A stretch of 64,000 bases of DNA from Octopus vulgaris (taxonomy: Eukaryota). The position numbers were made by a program, and so were the translations under genes. Positions 1 to 14,183 of the stretch are shown piece by piece. The stretch covers positions 58,404,001 through 58,468,000 of the forward strand of contig OX597816.1 of the NCBI GenBank assembly GCA_951406725.2, written 5' to 3'. The notes under the pieces were generated by a model. It was not told the DNA's origin. It ran no database searches and saw only the letters and a list, made by a program, of their open reading frames with translations. Numbering within the stretch: position 1 is the stretch's first letter; the number at the start of each line of letters is the position of its first letter.

Positions 1-26
1 GTGAAACATAAGAAATAGGATAGGAT

Positions 27-326
27 ATACAGAAAGCAAATGCTTCGGCCGATTGATTACGATTTATTCGCCAACCTTGATGATTCACAGATCTGTTGTT
101 ATTCTCTCTGTGCCTTTTCCACTGCTACTTCGATGGTATGTGCTTCTTTGCACTGCCAATCTCATACCCTGACTGTATGGACAGGGTATGAGATTGGCAG
201 TGCAAAGAAACACATACCATCGAAGTAGCAGTGGAAAAGGCACAGAGAGAATAACAACAGATCTGTGAATCATCAAGGTTGGCGAATAAATCGTAATCAA
301 TCGGCCGAAGCATTTGCTTTCTGTAT
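27..326. repeat. Long near-perfect palindrome (145-bp arms, 10-nt loop)
   Basis: 27-171 is the reverse complement of 182-326 with one mismatch; loop ACTGTATGGA. ORFs 40..228(+) and 125..313(-) give almost the same peptide. Confidence 0.95.
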
Positions 327-625
327 CCGGCTTCGGTCGTATATGAGTTATGGTAGCAGCAACATCAGCCAATATATGGGATTAACGATCTTTCTAGATC
401 TTAAGTGGCACCAGACAAATGGAAAGTTTAGAGTATAACAAAAAAAATTCTAAAAGAAATAAATAGGCAGGCGTGGCTGTGTGGTAAGAAGCTTGCTTCC
501 CAACCACATAGTTCCGGGGTCAGTCCCACTGCGTAGCATTTTGGCCAAGTGTCTTTTACTATAGCCTCGGGGCGACTAAAGCCTTGTGAGTGGATTTACT
601 AGACGGAAACTAGAAGAAGCCCGTC

Positions 626-698
<73 letters not shown>

Positions 699-843
699 CA
701 GGTAAAATTAGAGGTGTTTAAAGCCTCTAAGGGATAGATATATCCGAAGGCAGTTCTGGTAATTACCTCAGTGGGTGTATTCCTTGGTAAAAAGGTATAC
801 GGCAGCAGGTAATTTAGCGGGTGACAATAGTTTAATTCTCACC

Positions 844-899
<56 letters not shown>

Positions 900-907
<8 letters not shown>

Positions 908-1147
908 ATAGAGGGCATTATTACACATAAATGCCTCACACTAAGAGGGACAAAGTCATTACTACCAAAATTACACTAATCATACCTAAATGCAGTTCTT
1001 CAAAGCAAGACATTTAAAAAATGAATTTTTTAAATGTCTTGCTTTGAAGAACTGCATTTAGGTATGATTAGTGTAATTTTGGTAGTAATGACTTTGTCCC
1101 TCTTAGTGTGAGGCATTTATGTGTAATAATGCCCTCTATACAATATA
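900..1147. repeat. Perfect palindrome (about 123-bp arms, 2-nt loop) in a (TA)n tract; probable Penelope-like remnant
   Basis: Arms are exact reverse complements around AAAAAAT-GA-ATTTTTT. The right arm and its continuation to about 1275 are homologous (reverse) to about 40320-40497. Confidence 0.9.
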
Positions 1148-1304
1148 GATATAATTAATTTGTTCAAAAGAAAAAAATTATTTTCGAATTCTTTTATGAG
1201 GTTTTCACGCTAACTACCTGATAATTTCTTGTTAAGATTCCTTATTAAGAAGTTATCCTTAATTGTTAATTTATATTATATATATATATATATATATATG
1301 CATA

Positions 1305-1395
1305 TAAAAGACTTTCTCACTTCCCGAGCGTTAAACTAATATATCTGTTTGTTGTTTACACACCTGTCTTCGTCTTTTTTTGTAAATTCTCATTA
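1305..1395 (+). mobile_element. 3' fragment of the hammerhead-bearing repeat also found at 46903-47185
   Basis: AAAGACTTTCTCACTTCCCGAGCGTTAAACTAATATATCTGTTTGTTG nearly identical to 47087-47135; flanked by TA repeats. Confidence 0.75.
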
Positions 1396-1769
1396 TATAT
1401 ACATGTATATTTGTGTGTGTGTGTATGTGTGTCTATGTGTGTGTGTGTGTGTGTGTGTATGTGTGTGTTTCTCCGCCTGCCATCGCTTGACAACCAATGC
1501 TAGTGCGTTTATATCTCCGTAACCGAGCGGTTCGGCAAAAGAGCCATGCTAGGCTTACCAAGAATAAGTCCCGGGTCAATTTCTTCGACTAACACTCTTT
1601 AAGGTGGTGCTCCAGAATGGCCGTAGCCGAATGACTGAAACAAGTGAAAGAATAAACGAATAAATGAAAAACAAAAAAACAAAGACTTCACTGGCAGACG
1701 GGGGAAATCAGAAATAGGAAGAATTCCTCTGACATAAATTTATATATCTGTTTTTCTTTCTTTTTTTTT

Positions 1770-2240
1770 TACTTTTCAATCATTGGATTGCGGTCATTCT
1801 GGGACATCACCTTGCAGGCTTTAGTCGAACAAATTCACTCCAGTACTTATGAGTTTTGTACTTATTCTATCGGTGTCTTTTGAGGAACCGTTATGTTATG
1901 GAGACGTAAACAAACGGTTGTCAAGCGGCGGTGGATAACAGACAGAAACACAAAGACTCACATATGCATAGAGGACGGGCTTCCGCACAGTCTCCGCCTA
2001 CCAAATTCACACGCACAAGTCAATGGTTACAATATTGTTTTCATGCTTAAATTCTATCTTTACTATTTCGTTTCAATATCTTTTGATACACACAGTCACA
2101 CACACAGACTTCTTTCTGTTTCTGTCTACCAAATCTATTCGCAAGGTTTTGGTCGGTTCACTTCCCCAAGGTGCCACACAATGAGATTGAACCCGGAACC
2201 ATATAGTTGAGAAACAAACTTCTTACAACACAGCTACGCC
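1770..2240 (-). mobile_element. SINE family A, degenerate
   Basis: Reverse complement of the family A head (CCCCAAGGTGCCAC...AACCCGGAACCAT) and tail motifs. Confidence 0.75.
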
Positions 2241-2888
2241 TATATCAATTATATTTTACTTTTTAAAATATTTTTACAAGCAAAACCGTAGCAAGGACTT
2301 CAAAATTTCCGTTGTATTGCCTTCGACGGACAGCCATACATGCAATTTTTCCACCTGGTATTCTTGCGAGGGTTGTTCGAGGTAGAGTCCTCACGCACCT
2401 CCCCCAGAGAGTTCTGTCAAAAACAAACGTCATTACACTTTCAGGCTGAATTCATAATTAGGACCAACAGAGAATATGGTCAATATCCAAACCATCTCGT
2501 TCTTGGTATATCGCAAAGTCCTCTGCCAGTTTTTTTCCGCTGGAAGAATCCGTTTTGCGATTTTTTCCCTCTTGTGTGCGAGTGTATACAAGAATAAAAG
2601 AAAAGCTAAGCAGACAATTGGTATCGGGTCATAGTACAACAGTTGTTTGCCCGTCAGTCAACCTTTGTGTTTTATTATACATCTACCAGCTTCGGGGATA
2701 CATTGCCTGTAACCAATTCTCTTTTAGCCAGACAACATATGTCTCCTCCAGGAATCCAGGAATCAAATCATAGATGTAATTAAAGTTGGAGTTTAGATAT
2801 GAAGTCGAGCTGAGCAGTAATCGTATAATGTCACCAGAAATATTAGCTGCAATCTCTGTCTGTCTGTCTCTGTATCTCTCTCTCTCTT

Positions 2889-2964
<76 letters not shown>

Positions 2965-3572
2965 GCTAGCTAGCTAGCTAGCTAGCTATCTGTCTGTCTG
3001 TCTATCTCTCTATTTATGTATAGATAAATAGATATCTTCAGACACACACGCATACACACAGGCATGCGCGATCACACATGTGTATTAATTTACTGCTTCG
3101 TAGTTGAATGAAACTACCAGGATCTGCAGAAGTATCTCGTTATCAATAAGCGTAGATTGACTGTCAAAGGCGCCGTCCTACCTAATACTTTGTGGTGATA
3201 TTCTCCTTGGTTTTCCTTGTAAAACTCCACGATCATTAATATGGAAGTAAATCTTAAAATTGCCAGAGATAAATAAACTTGCGTTGGGAGAACAATCTAC
3301 GTGGAACTCTTAAAAGCAAGTATCGGCTGCCAAGGAATTGTATACTATGAATAGATAAATAGAGCTAGAATTTTTATGTTTCGGAGTGAGAAGATTTACT
3401 AGTATTTCTCCTGACGACGTCGCAATTAAAAAAAAAACAAAAAACAAAACAGAATTAAATGAAGCCAATTCAAATGCTGTGAAATATGCAATTTGCCCCT
3501 CTTCTTACAACATATGAACCTACCCAGCTTTCAAATTTCACTGAATACAAAACAAGATAGTATTTGCGCTAG

Positions 3573-3668
<96 letters not shown>

Positions 3669-4052
3669 CGCTCAGTAGTCGAAGTCGACTCTCGGTTACT
3701 CGTTGGATCAGAGTCCTCCAGTCAGTTCTATCCTGGGCCGCTTCTTTCAGATTGTCTATGTCCATTCCGGTATCACTCTTGATGGTGTTAAGCCAGCGGG
3801 TTCTTGGTCGGCCTCTTCCTCTCTTGCCACTGACCATTCCGAGCATGATGTCCTTCTCCAAAGATTTTCTCCGCATAATATGATCGAACTATGCCAATCT
3901 ATGCTTGGTGATCCTAGCTTCTAGCGACATTTTCGGCCCGATCTGCTTAAGAACTTCTCCATTGGTGAGCCTCGCTGTCCATGGAATCCGTAAAAGTCTT
4001 CTCCAACACCAAAGCTCGAATGCATTAATTCTCTTCTGGTCAGCTTTATTTA
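3573..4052 (-). mobile_element. 5'-truncated RTE (BovB-like) LINE 3' end with (GATA)n tail
   Basis: Minus-strand peptides RINAFELWCWRRLLRIPWTARLTN and GMVSGKRGRGRPRTRW...AAQDRTDWR are typical RTE ORF C-terminus; one in-frame stop; runs straight into (GATA)n at 3573-3668. Confidence 0.92.
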
Positions 4053-4489
4053 GTATATAGTATATAGGCGACATTAATAAAACTTCATGCGTAAACACAA
4101 CCAAGAGCTAAGATGCATGATGGGATGTCTCCTCCAGGAATCCAGTAATCAAACCATAGAAAATCTAGACTGAGATTCAAATATACTTCAAATATACTTA
4201 CCTAAGCTGCTACGCAGTGGGACTGAACCCGGAACCATGTGCTTATGAAGCAAGCTTTTACCCACACAGCCCCGCCTGCCTCTATATATGTTCTGATCCA
4301 TTCAGTTTTCTCATCTTCCAATGTTGTTCTCTATTTACCATCTTCTCTTTGTCCCATAAGATTTCTTCAGATCACTTTTCCCTCTATAAATAATCAGCCA
4401 TGCCTGATTTCGTTACAGCTTTATGCTGTTCCTTTAGCCTTACTTTTAAGGGGCGCCAGCCCTTTCACCTTTATAGACTGGGCGTGAAT

Positions 4490-4810
4490 GCTCGTGGATT
4501 AGTGGTTAGGGTATTCGACTCCCGATCTAAAGATCGTGAGTTCGTTTTCCGTTGGCACGTTGTATCCTTGACCAAGACCCTTTATTTCATGTTCTTTCAG
4601 TCTACTTAACTGACAGAAATATGAGTCGTACCTGTAATTCAAAAGGGCCAGCTTTGTCACATTCTGTTTCACGCTGAATCTCCTCGAGAAGTGCTTTAAG
4701 GGTACGCACGTCTGTGGAGTGTTCAGCCACTTGTATGTTTATTTCGCGAGCAGGCTGTTCCATTGGTTAGTTCAACTGGAACCCTCATTGTCGTAAATGA
4801 CGGACATCCA
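4490..4810 (+). mobile_element. tRNA-derived SINE family D
   Basis: TAGTGGTTAGGGTATTCG A-box-like head, GAGTTCG B-box-like motif, CCTTGACCAAGAC central motif, CAAAAGGGCCAGC...GTCGTAA tail; matches 13870 and 15808. Confidence 0.8.
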
Positions 4811-4966
4811 ATTATATATTGACCCAGCAAAGGAGAGAGATATGGAAGCATTTAATTAAGACGAAATGAGCCTTAAAACCTCAACCATAAAAAGGCAGAT
4901 TTTAATCTCCAATGTTAATAGCCTAATATCCTGCAGGACAATCGTTTAGTCAATATAAGTGTTGAT

Positions 4967-5181
4967 TAAGGCGGCGAGCTGGCAGAAACGTTAGCACGCC
5001 GGGCGAAATGCTTAGCAGGATTTCGTCTGTCTTTACGTTCTGAGTTCAAATTCCACCGAGGTCGACTTTGCCTTTCCTCCTTTCGGAGTCGATGAATTAA
5101 GTACCAGTTGCGTACTGGGGTCGATCTAACCGACTGGCCTCTTCCCCCAAAATTTCGGGCCTTGTGACTAGAGTAGAAAAG
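4967..5181 (+). mobile_element. tRNA-derived SINE family B with 15-bp TSD
   Basis: Head AAGGCGGCGAGCTGGCAGAAACGTTAGCACG, GAGTTCAAATTCC B box, central GTCGACTTTGCCTTTC...AAGTACCAG (resembles the MetaSINE domain); TSD AATATAAGTGTTGAT at 4952-4966 and 5182-5196. Confidence 0.93.
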
Positions 5182-5969
5182 AATATAAGTGTTGATCAAA
5201 TGTGAACGTGAGTTCAAGGGTTTTGTCTAGATTTTGTCTAAGCAATTTGTGGCGAAGAGACTTTTGAGACAGAAATAGCGATCTAGGCTGAAGGATTTTT
5301 GCGAGACACAACTAAGATTAGAAAATCGGGACTGGAGGGATTTCACTAAACTTTATTAAGAATTTGTGCCGAAGGGATGTTTGCAGACCCAAATAGGGAT
5401 TATCGTTAGAAGATTTAGATTGGAGAATCTTCTCTGGAACAGCGAGAGGAAATGAACTTTGTACAACTCCCCTACCAAAAAGAGAGAAAAAAACGATGAT
5501 AAGAAAAAAAAAAAGAGGCAAATGAACGAGCGTAAACAATGTTTTAAACGTTCAAATGGTACTGCAAGGGAGTGGGGCCTATGCAGCCATTTCATTTTCA
5601 TTCGTTTTATGTTTTTTGTCCCCCACTATGATGTTCTGTCTGTCCTTGTAGTGTCCACTCCGTGTTATGGCCGTAGTGCCAAATAAAGAAAGAGTACAAC
5701 TCCCAAACAACTTGTCAAAACATATTCACATATACGATTTTTCAATCTTCTCTGGAAGGGAAGATAAATTCAATAAAGCAAGATTATATCTTGTATGGTA
5801 TTTAATATACCCTTACTTTTCCTTGTTGTTCAAATACTTGCGACAGCCTAGTTTCGTTTCGCACGTGCGCGTATGTGTGTATACATATAAACATACTCGT
5901 ACACATACATATATGCGATATCTTTTTGCCACTCTGTCTACTTGTCTGACTGTCGGGTCAGTCTCTCCT

Positions 5970-7010
<1,041 letters not shown>

Positions 7011-7471
7011 CCTGTACGAGACTATCAAAGCCAGTACGAGACTATCTCTTTCTAAAGTAATTCTGGTGTTAGAGGAAAATTTCGAATGAGTAATCATAAT
7101 CAAATTGATAATATGTGTGCGGGCGAGCGAAAATAAACCTTATGTTGATTGAGTTCACCAACAGTTCTCGAAATAATACGAAGAGGTGGAGGGAAAGACG
7201 GGGACAGAGGCGAGAGGCGAGGTTGAGAAAGATGGCGGCGATGTGAGAAAAGGAAAAAATCTACAAACTTGGAAATATTGCCTTATATAAAACCTGGCAG
7301 AAATATCTAAATCGCAACTTTGTGAAAAATAGTTAAATCGTGTTTTATATATGGAAATGACAAGATATGTATGGAATTTTCAGATACATATGTATATATG
7401 CGCGTTTGTCCGTTTGTCCATATATGCATGCATGTATGTATGTTTATACATATGTATGCATGCATGCATAC

Positions 7472-7502
<31 letters not shown>

Positions 7503-7681
7503 TGTATGTATGTATGTATGTATGTATGTATGTATGTATGTATGTAGGCATGATATGAAATACAGACGGATGCTCCGGGGTATTTCCTTCATCAATTATT
7601 AAATTATGAATGCGCGTATATCTTTCTGCCTGTTTGTAAATGTACGTATGCATGTATATATGAATTCATTCGCTTGTGTTT

Positions 7682-7716
<35 letters not shown>

Positions 7717-7746
7717 GTATGAATGTAATGATATGTGTACAAACAC

Positions 7747-7813
<67 letters not shown>

Positions 7814-7823
7814 CATATATACC

Positions 7824-7865
<42 letters not shown>

Positions 7866-8059
7866 AGCAGTACGTAAATTATAATTATACATCAGAAAGA
7901 ATTGATATAATTAGTGTAGATCTAATACATTCGGTGGACTCAAGCGAATTCCCACCTCCTCATCTCCCCCATTCCACTCCGTACTCCGTCCACTTTGCTG
8001 ACCACAACACACCTAGAGAGAAGGAGAGAGAGAGAGAAGGAAAGAGAGAGAGAGAGAGA

Positions 8060-8130
<71 letters not shown>

Positions 8131-8516
8131 ATTATTTCGGCCGGGCACTTGCTGCTGACCTCAATATACATTCCCTAACAAAAAGTTTATTTTCAGAAGC
8201 CCGCAATTTAATTACTACTGTCTAATTACGATTACTAATTTGAGAGTGCCTCCACTCCCCCCAGCCCGTCCTCTATTGACCCCCCCTCGCTCCCCTACCC
8301 CTCAACACCACTCGCCCTGCACGAAAATTTACTCCTAAAAACATGTCTTTGATCAGTTCCCTCCTCTCCACGCTTTGTCTTTCTTTCTCACTTCATTTCT
8401 CTCTTTCCTTCCTTCTTTCCTACCTACCTTCCTTCCTCTCTTCCTTCCTTCTTTTCTTTCTTTCTTTTTCTTTCTTTCGGGTCTCCTTATGTTGAGTCTC
8501 TCTCTCTCTCACACAT

Positions 8517-8568
<52 letters not shown>

Positions 8569-9299
8569 ATGTGTATATCCCTATATATATAGATAAATAA
8601 ATAAATATATATATATGGATATATACACACATATATATATAGACATACATACGTACATACATATATATAATGTACTATAGGTATATATATAAATATGATA
8701 CATTACATATATATGTATACAAGTGTCTATATATATATATATGTATATATGTATGCATGCATGTATGTATGTATGTATATATGTATATATATATATATAT
8801 ATATATACATGTGTGTGTGTATATAAAAATATATGCATTTATAGAAACATGGGTGTATACGCCCATATATACAAGTATGTGTACGAATGAATGTACGTGT
8901 ATGCATTTATATGTGTGTATGTGCGTGTGTATGACTATGTTCGTGTGTGTAATGTGTGTATGTGTATACGTCATGCTGTCCTCATCCGTCGATCGTTTTC
9001 GCTTTACCTTCTCCCTTACTTTGATCTCACCGCAACTAATTAAAAGCCGGGTCGTGACCAAAAAGGAGATTCGCGTATCTAACTGATAAACCTGTCTCCA
9101 TCAGAGCAAGGGAACCAAGTGGAACATAAGATTAATAATAAGAAAGAAAAGGAGAGAGAAATAACCCCAGGATGTTTTGTATTGTGTTAATGTCTCATCA
9201 GTACTTGTGGTGTTCTTTTAGAAAAAGAAAGAAAAAAAGATTACCGCAACGACACCACATTCCCCCCATCCCTACTCGACCCGACGCCATTCTGGCAAC

Positions 9300-9509
9300 G
9301 ACTCCACCGATAGCCACCACCACCGCCATATTACCGCTAGCACGACCCGCTACCACCACTACCGGCAACATCACCCACGGCCGCCCCATCGTTATCGACG
9401 TCGCCGTCATCAAAATAAACCTTCTACTCTTACTTCTCCTCATTATCTTCCCCACCACGACTACCTATATCACCATCATCACCACCATCATCACCATCGC
9501 CATTATCAC

Positions 9510-9549
<40 letters not shown>

Positions 9550-9810
9550 GCCATCGCCATCGCCATCACCACCACTACCGTGACCACCATCAGCATCATG
9601 CCTCATCACTAATATTATCCTCGTTCTCGTCGCCGTCCTCTCCCTCCACATCACCACCGCTACCACGTCGTCGTCGTCATCATAATCCTCACCAAACCAC
9701 CATCACATCCCATCGTTAACACTGTCCTCTCCCTCATCCTCATCACCTCTTCCTGTCACTCCTCTTCCTGCTACTCCTCCTCCTGCTCCTTCTCCACCTT
9801 ATCATCAACA
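9300..9810. repeat. Degenerate (CAT/CAC/CCT)n trinucleotide low-complexity region
   Basis: Direct reading; overlapping ORFs are poly-I/T/D/G. Confidence 0.85.
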
Positions 9811-10365
9811 TCATTCTAACCAAAACAAGGACCCATCAAATCATGTGGTCTGCGAAACGCAACTATGGCCGTGGGGTTAAAAATAATATGTTCACATAAT
9901 AATCTCGAGGTTCCTTCTTGGTTTCGATCCCACATCGTGGCACCTTGGCTATGTGAATCCTAGCATAACCTCGAGCCAACTCCAGTTTGGTGAGAAAAGC
10001 TGGGTGGATGAAAACTATGCTGAAACCCGTAAAGTTGACAGAACTGCTACAGCAGTCAGCCGTTTGTAGGTATTAATACAATAACTTGCGTCATTATATA
10101 ATTGTGAACAATAATCGCATGTTATAGTAGAGCGATAGCCACTACCATCACCACCACCACCAATAACAACAACAACAATAACAGCAACAACATCATTACC
10201 TCTACTAGCAGTCCTCCAGTAACATTCCTCCACTATCATCATCACCTCTATCACCACCTCTACCACAACCATGACCTCCACCACCACCACCACCACCACC
10301 ACCACCTTTGCAACTATGATCATAGTTTCGCTTTTCCGTTCTATTTACAATATAGTCCATAGAGC

Positions 10366-10765
10366 AAGGCGGTGAGCTGGCAGAAACGTTAGCACGCCGG
10401 GCGAAATGCGTAGCCGTATTTCGTCTGCCGTTACGTTCTTAGTTCAAATTGCGCCGAGGCCGACTTTGCCTTTCATCCTTTCGGGATCGATAAATTAAGT
10501 ATCAGTTACGCACTGGGGTCGATATAAACGACTTAATCCGTCCGTCTGTCTGTCCTTGTTTGTCTTCTCTGTGTGTAGCCCCTTGTGGGTAGTAAAGAAA
10601 TAGGTATTTCGTCTATCTTTACGTTCTGGGTTCCAATTCCACCGAGGTCGACTTTGCCTTTCATCCATTCGGGATCGATTAATTAAAGTACCATTCGCGT
10701 ACTGAGGTTGATCTAAGCGACTCCCCCCTCCCCCCAAAAAATTCATGCCTTGAATATAGTCCACA
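10366..10765 (+). mobile_element. SINE family B dimer (full monomer plus headless second monomer)
   Basis: After the tail GTAAAGAAATAG the sequence restarts at GTATTTCGTCT (about 10603) and ends in a different tail. Confidence 0.85.
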
Positions 10766-11109
10766 GAGCTCACAAGTTATATTGAGTCGAGACGCAAAAC
10801 TATTAGAAGCACAGATTCGTGTCCGGAGAAGATATATGCTAGTATTTACGTATTTTTTAATATTTATTACATCATAGAAGAGCCATTTAATATAACAGAA
10901 AGTTATTGAATTCACTTTCAATTAAAATTTATTTAAATATAAATTTTAACTGAATTTAACAGCATTGTTTGTTATTAAATGACACTTTTACACTGTAGCT
11001 GCTTCAGTTTCAACAGAATTACATGAAATTATTTGGTAAACATTTCCTAAGTATATATTTTCATACGTATAGACAATACAATGGTCTATACATATTAAAA
11101 TATATATTT

Positions 11110-11207
11110 GGTCTGTCTGTGTGCAAAGAAGCTTGCTTCCCAACCGCATGGTCCCGGTTTCAGTCCCACTGCGTAAGGCACAAAACAATGACTCTCCCCG
11201 GACACAA

Positions 11208-11245
<38 letters not shown>

Positions 11246-11705
11246 TTGCTATTATGCAAAAGTGCCGTAAGTCCAAAACGTTGCTTTTTCAGAAAACGAA
11301 AAAGTAGTTTCACCATTCCATAGCAAAACCATTGTACTACAATTTGACAATTTTTGCTATCTTGGATTCTGAAGCAGCTGGAGATACGATAGTTTGACCA
11401 AAAGAACCGGTTATCGCAAGCAAAAATAAATATTGAAAAAAAACGCATTTGGCCAAATTTGGACATACAACAGTTTAACATAATAGCAACTGTGTGCGTG
11501 TTTGTCATTGTTCCTCACTACCGCTTGATAACCGGTGATGTGTTTACGTCCCCATAACTTAGCGGTTCGGCTGAAGTGGCTTATAGAATAAGTTCCAGGC
11601 TTTAAAAATATAAGTCCTGGGGTCGATTCATTCGACTAAAAATTCTTCTAAGCAGTGCCCCAGCCTGACCGCAGTCAAATAAGCTTGAAAAGGACAAAAG
11701 ATAGA
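11110..11705 (+). mobile_element. SINE family A head and tail separated by (TA)n and an unclassified insert
   Basis: Head GAAGCTTGCTTCCCAACC...CAGTCCCACTGCG; tail CGCTTGATAACCGGTG...GACCGCAGTCAAAT from about 11520. Confidence 0.65.
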
Positions 11706-12283
11706 TTTATTTTTTCGATGTATAGTCCGCACATTTTTTCGTGTATCTTCGCGATTTCAACGTATTGTTGCTCTAAACCTTATTTTATTTTCAATATTCT
11801 TTTCTACTCTAGGTTCAAGGCCCGAACTTTTTGGGAGGTGGGATTAGATCAGCCCCGGTACGCAACTGGTATTTTATTTTCGATATTATTGAACCTACGA
11901 TTAAAACAATTTATACATGCTCGTCAACAACAAGAAAAAGAAAAAATAACACTGTACGCTTGTATAATAATTATTTCAATTATCAATAAATATACAGGGT
12001 TGGCCAAAAGTCACCCGACAGTAAATCAAAATTCCATAAATACTTAATATACTGGGTGTATGGAACGCTCTTTTACGAAATACTCTCGTTGTCCATGTAG
12101 ATATGAACAGACATTAGTCATGCATGGTGCATGACACGTTACCAACACGTTCACTCGTTCGCGAGTGACGGCTGGTTCTTCGTTTTCTGTACACACATAC
12201 ACACACACACATTCTTATATACATACATATGAATTTTTGTATGCATTTGTGTATGTATGCATGTATATTTGATGTGTGCATAT

Positions 12284-12350
<67 letters not shown>

Positions 12351-12417
12351 TATATGTATATTTATATATATGTATATTTATATATATGTATATACATATA
12401 CATACAGACAGGCAAAT

Positions 12418-12449
<32 letters not shown>

Positions 12450-12622
12450 GTGTCTGTGTGTGTATGTATTTGCCTGTCTGTATGTATCTAGAAGTGTGAG
12501 TATATATCTAAGTATGTAGGTGCAAGTCTGTGTATGTGTGTGTATGCATATAGATATATGGGTGCATAGCTGTGTGAGTGTACACGTGTAGGTGTGACTC
12601 CATGGGAATGTGTTTATTTCTA

Positions 12623-12672
<50 letters not shown>

Positions 12673-13191
12673 TGTGTGTGTTAGCAATCCTCTTGCCATG
12701 TTTGAAAGTGTTGACGGAAAGAAATGCAATTATCAACATCTCTATAATAGCTTTTCACTGAGATAATTACAATAAAATAATGTTCATCGTCAGCGTAGCT
12801 AAAAATAAGAGACTGACGTAGGTACGATAACATCCTTTAATGAATTACTAAGCAGAGGAGAGGTGCAGCAGAAAAATGTCCCAGATTTTTCACGGCCATT
12901 GACATGGGCGCTAATAGAGCTAGATAGATAGCAAAGGTCTCTTCTTGTAGCTATTGTTTTATTGTTTCCGCTGTCTACTGAGGAAATAAACTTCAGGTCG
13001 GTATCTACTGTGTGTTTTCAGTTAAAAGTTTTATGAAGAATTGTTACTCTAGAGACTTTTTTGCTGCACCCTGTGGAAATGAATGTATACATACATACAT
13101 ACATACATACATACATACATACATACATACATACATACATACATACATGCATACATACATGCATACATACATGCATACATACATACATACA

Positions 13192-13263
<72 letters not shown>

Positions 13264-13400
13264 CACAAACACACACACACAGTTCACTCAACACTGTGCA
13301 GTACCCTGGGCAATTTTCTATGTCCTGTAAGTGAATTTAGCAGATGGAAAGTTTGTAGAAGCCCAACGTGTGTGTGCGTGCGCGCGTGCGCGCGGGCGCG

Positions 13401-13439
<39 letters not shown>

Positions 13440-13860
13440 AGGCGCAGGAGTGGCTGTGTGTTAAGAAGTTTACTTCCCAACCACATGATACTGGGTTCAG
13501 TCCCACTGCGTGGCACCTTGGGCAAGTGCCTTCTACTATAGCCTCGGCAGACCGAAGCCTTGTGAGTGAATTTGATAGACGTAAACTGAAAGCAACCCGT
13601 CGTATATCTATATGTATGTAAGTATGTATGTATGTATGTATGTATGTATGTATGTATGTATCCTTCCATCGCTTAACAACCGATGTTGGTGTGTTTACGT
13701 CCTCTTAACGTAGCGGTTCGGCAAAAGATTTCGACAGAATAAATATTAAGCTTAAAAAGAATAAATCCTGGGGTCGATTTGTTCGATTAAAGGCGGTGCT
13801 CCAGCATGACCGCAGTCAACTGACTGAAACAAGTAAGAGAATAAAAGAATAAAAGAATAT
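13440..13860 (+). mobile_element. SINE family A, full length
   Basis: Head, internal (TATG)n, 3' half, (AAAAGAAT)n tail. Confidence 0.9.
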
Positions 13861-13869
13861 ATATTATAT

Positions 13870-14183
13870 GTGGATTAGTGGTTAGGGTATTCGGCTCCTG
13901 ATCGTAAGGTCGTGGGTTCGATTTCAGGCAGCGCGTTGTGTTCTTGAGCAAGACACTTTATTTCATGTTGCTCCAGTCCACTCACCTGGCAAAAATGAGC
14001 AGGACCTGTAATTCAAAGGGCCAGCCTTGTCACACTCTGTGTCATGCTAAATCTCCCTGAGAACTACGGTATGTGTACGCGTGTCTGTGGAGTACTCGAC
14101 CACTTGCACATTAATTTCACGAGAAGGTTGTTCCGTTGATTTAATCAACTGGAACACTCGTCGTCGTAACCGACGGAGTGCCA
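13870..14183 (+). mobile_element. SINE family D, full length
   Basis: TAGTGGTTAGGG and GGTTCGATTTC Pol III box motifs; TTCTTGAGCAAGACACTTT; ends CGTCGTAACCGACGGAGTGCC. Confidence 0.88.

Larger units (their letters stand above)
465..1665 (+). mobile_element. tRNA-derived SINE family A, split by an expanded internal microsatellite with nested inserts
   Basis: Head GGCGTGGCTGTGTGGTAAG...CAGTCCC to AAGAAGCCCGTCG (627); 3' half CATCGCTTGACAACC...GACTGAAACAAG resumes at about 1480. Compact copies with the same layout at 13440, 34240, 49393, 58730. Confidence 0.85.

Noticed and set aside
40-313. Mirror 62-aa ORFs on both strands as a gene pair or toxin-antitoxin-like unit
   Set aside because: A direct consequence of the palindrome; no coding evidence.
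9172-9666. Membrane or acidic protein exon
   Set aside because: Degenerate CAT/CAC triplet array open in several frames; no domain recognised.
12860-13073. Small Tc1-type MITE (GGTGCAGCAGAAAA...TTTTGCTGCACCCTG), plus lone TIR-like starts near 11996 and 21105
   Set aside because: Short degenerate matches without clear paired TA TSDs; not enough to call.
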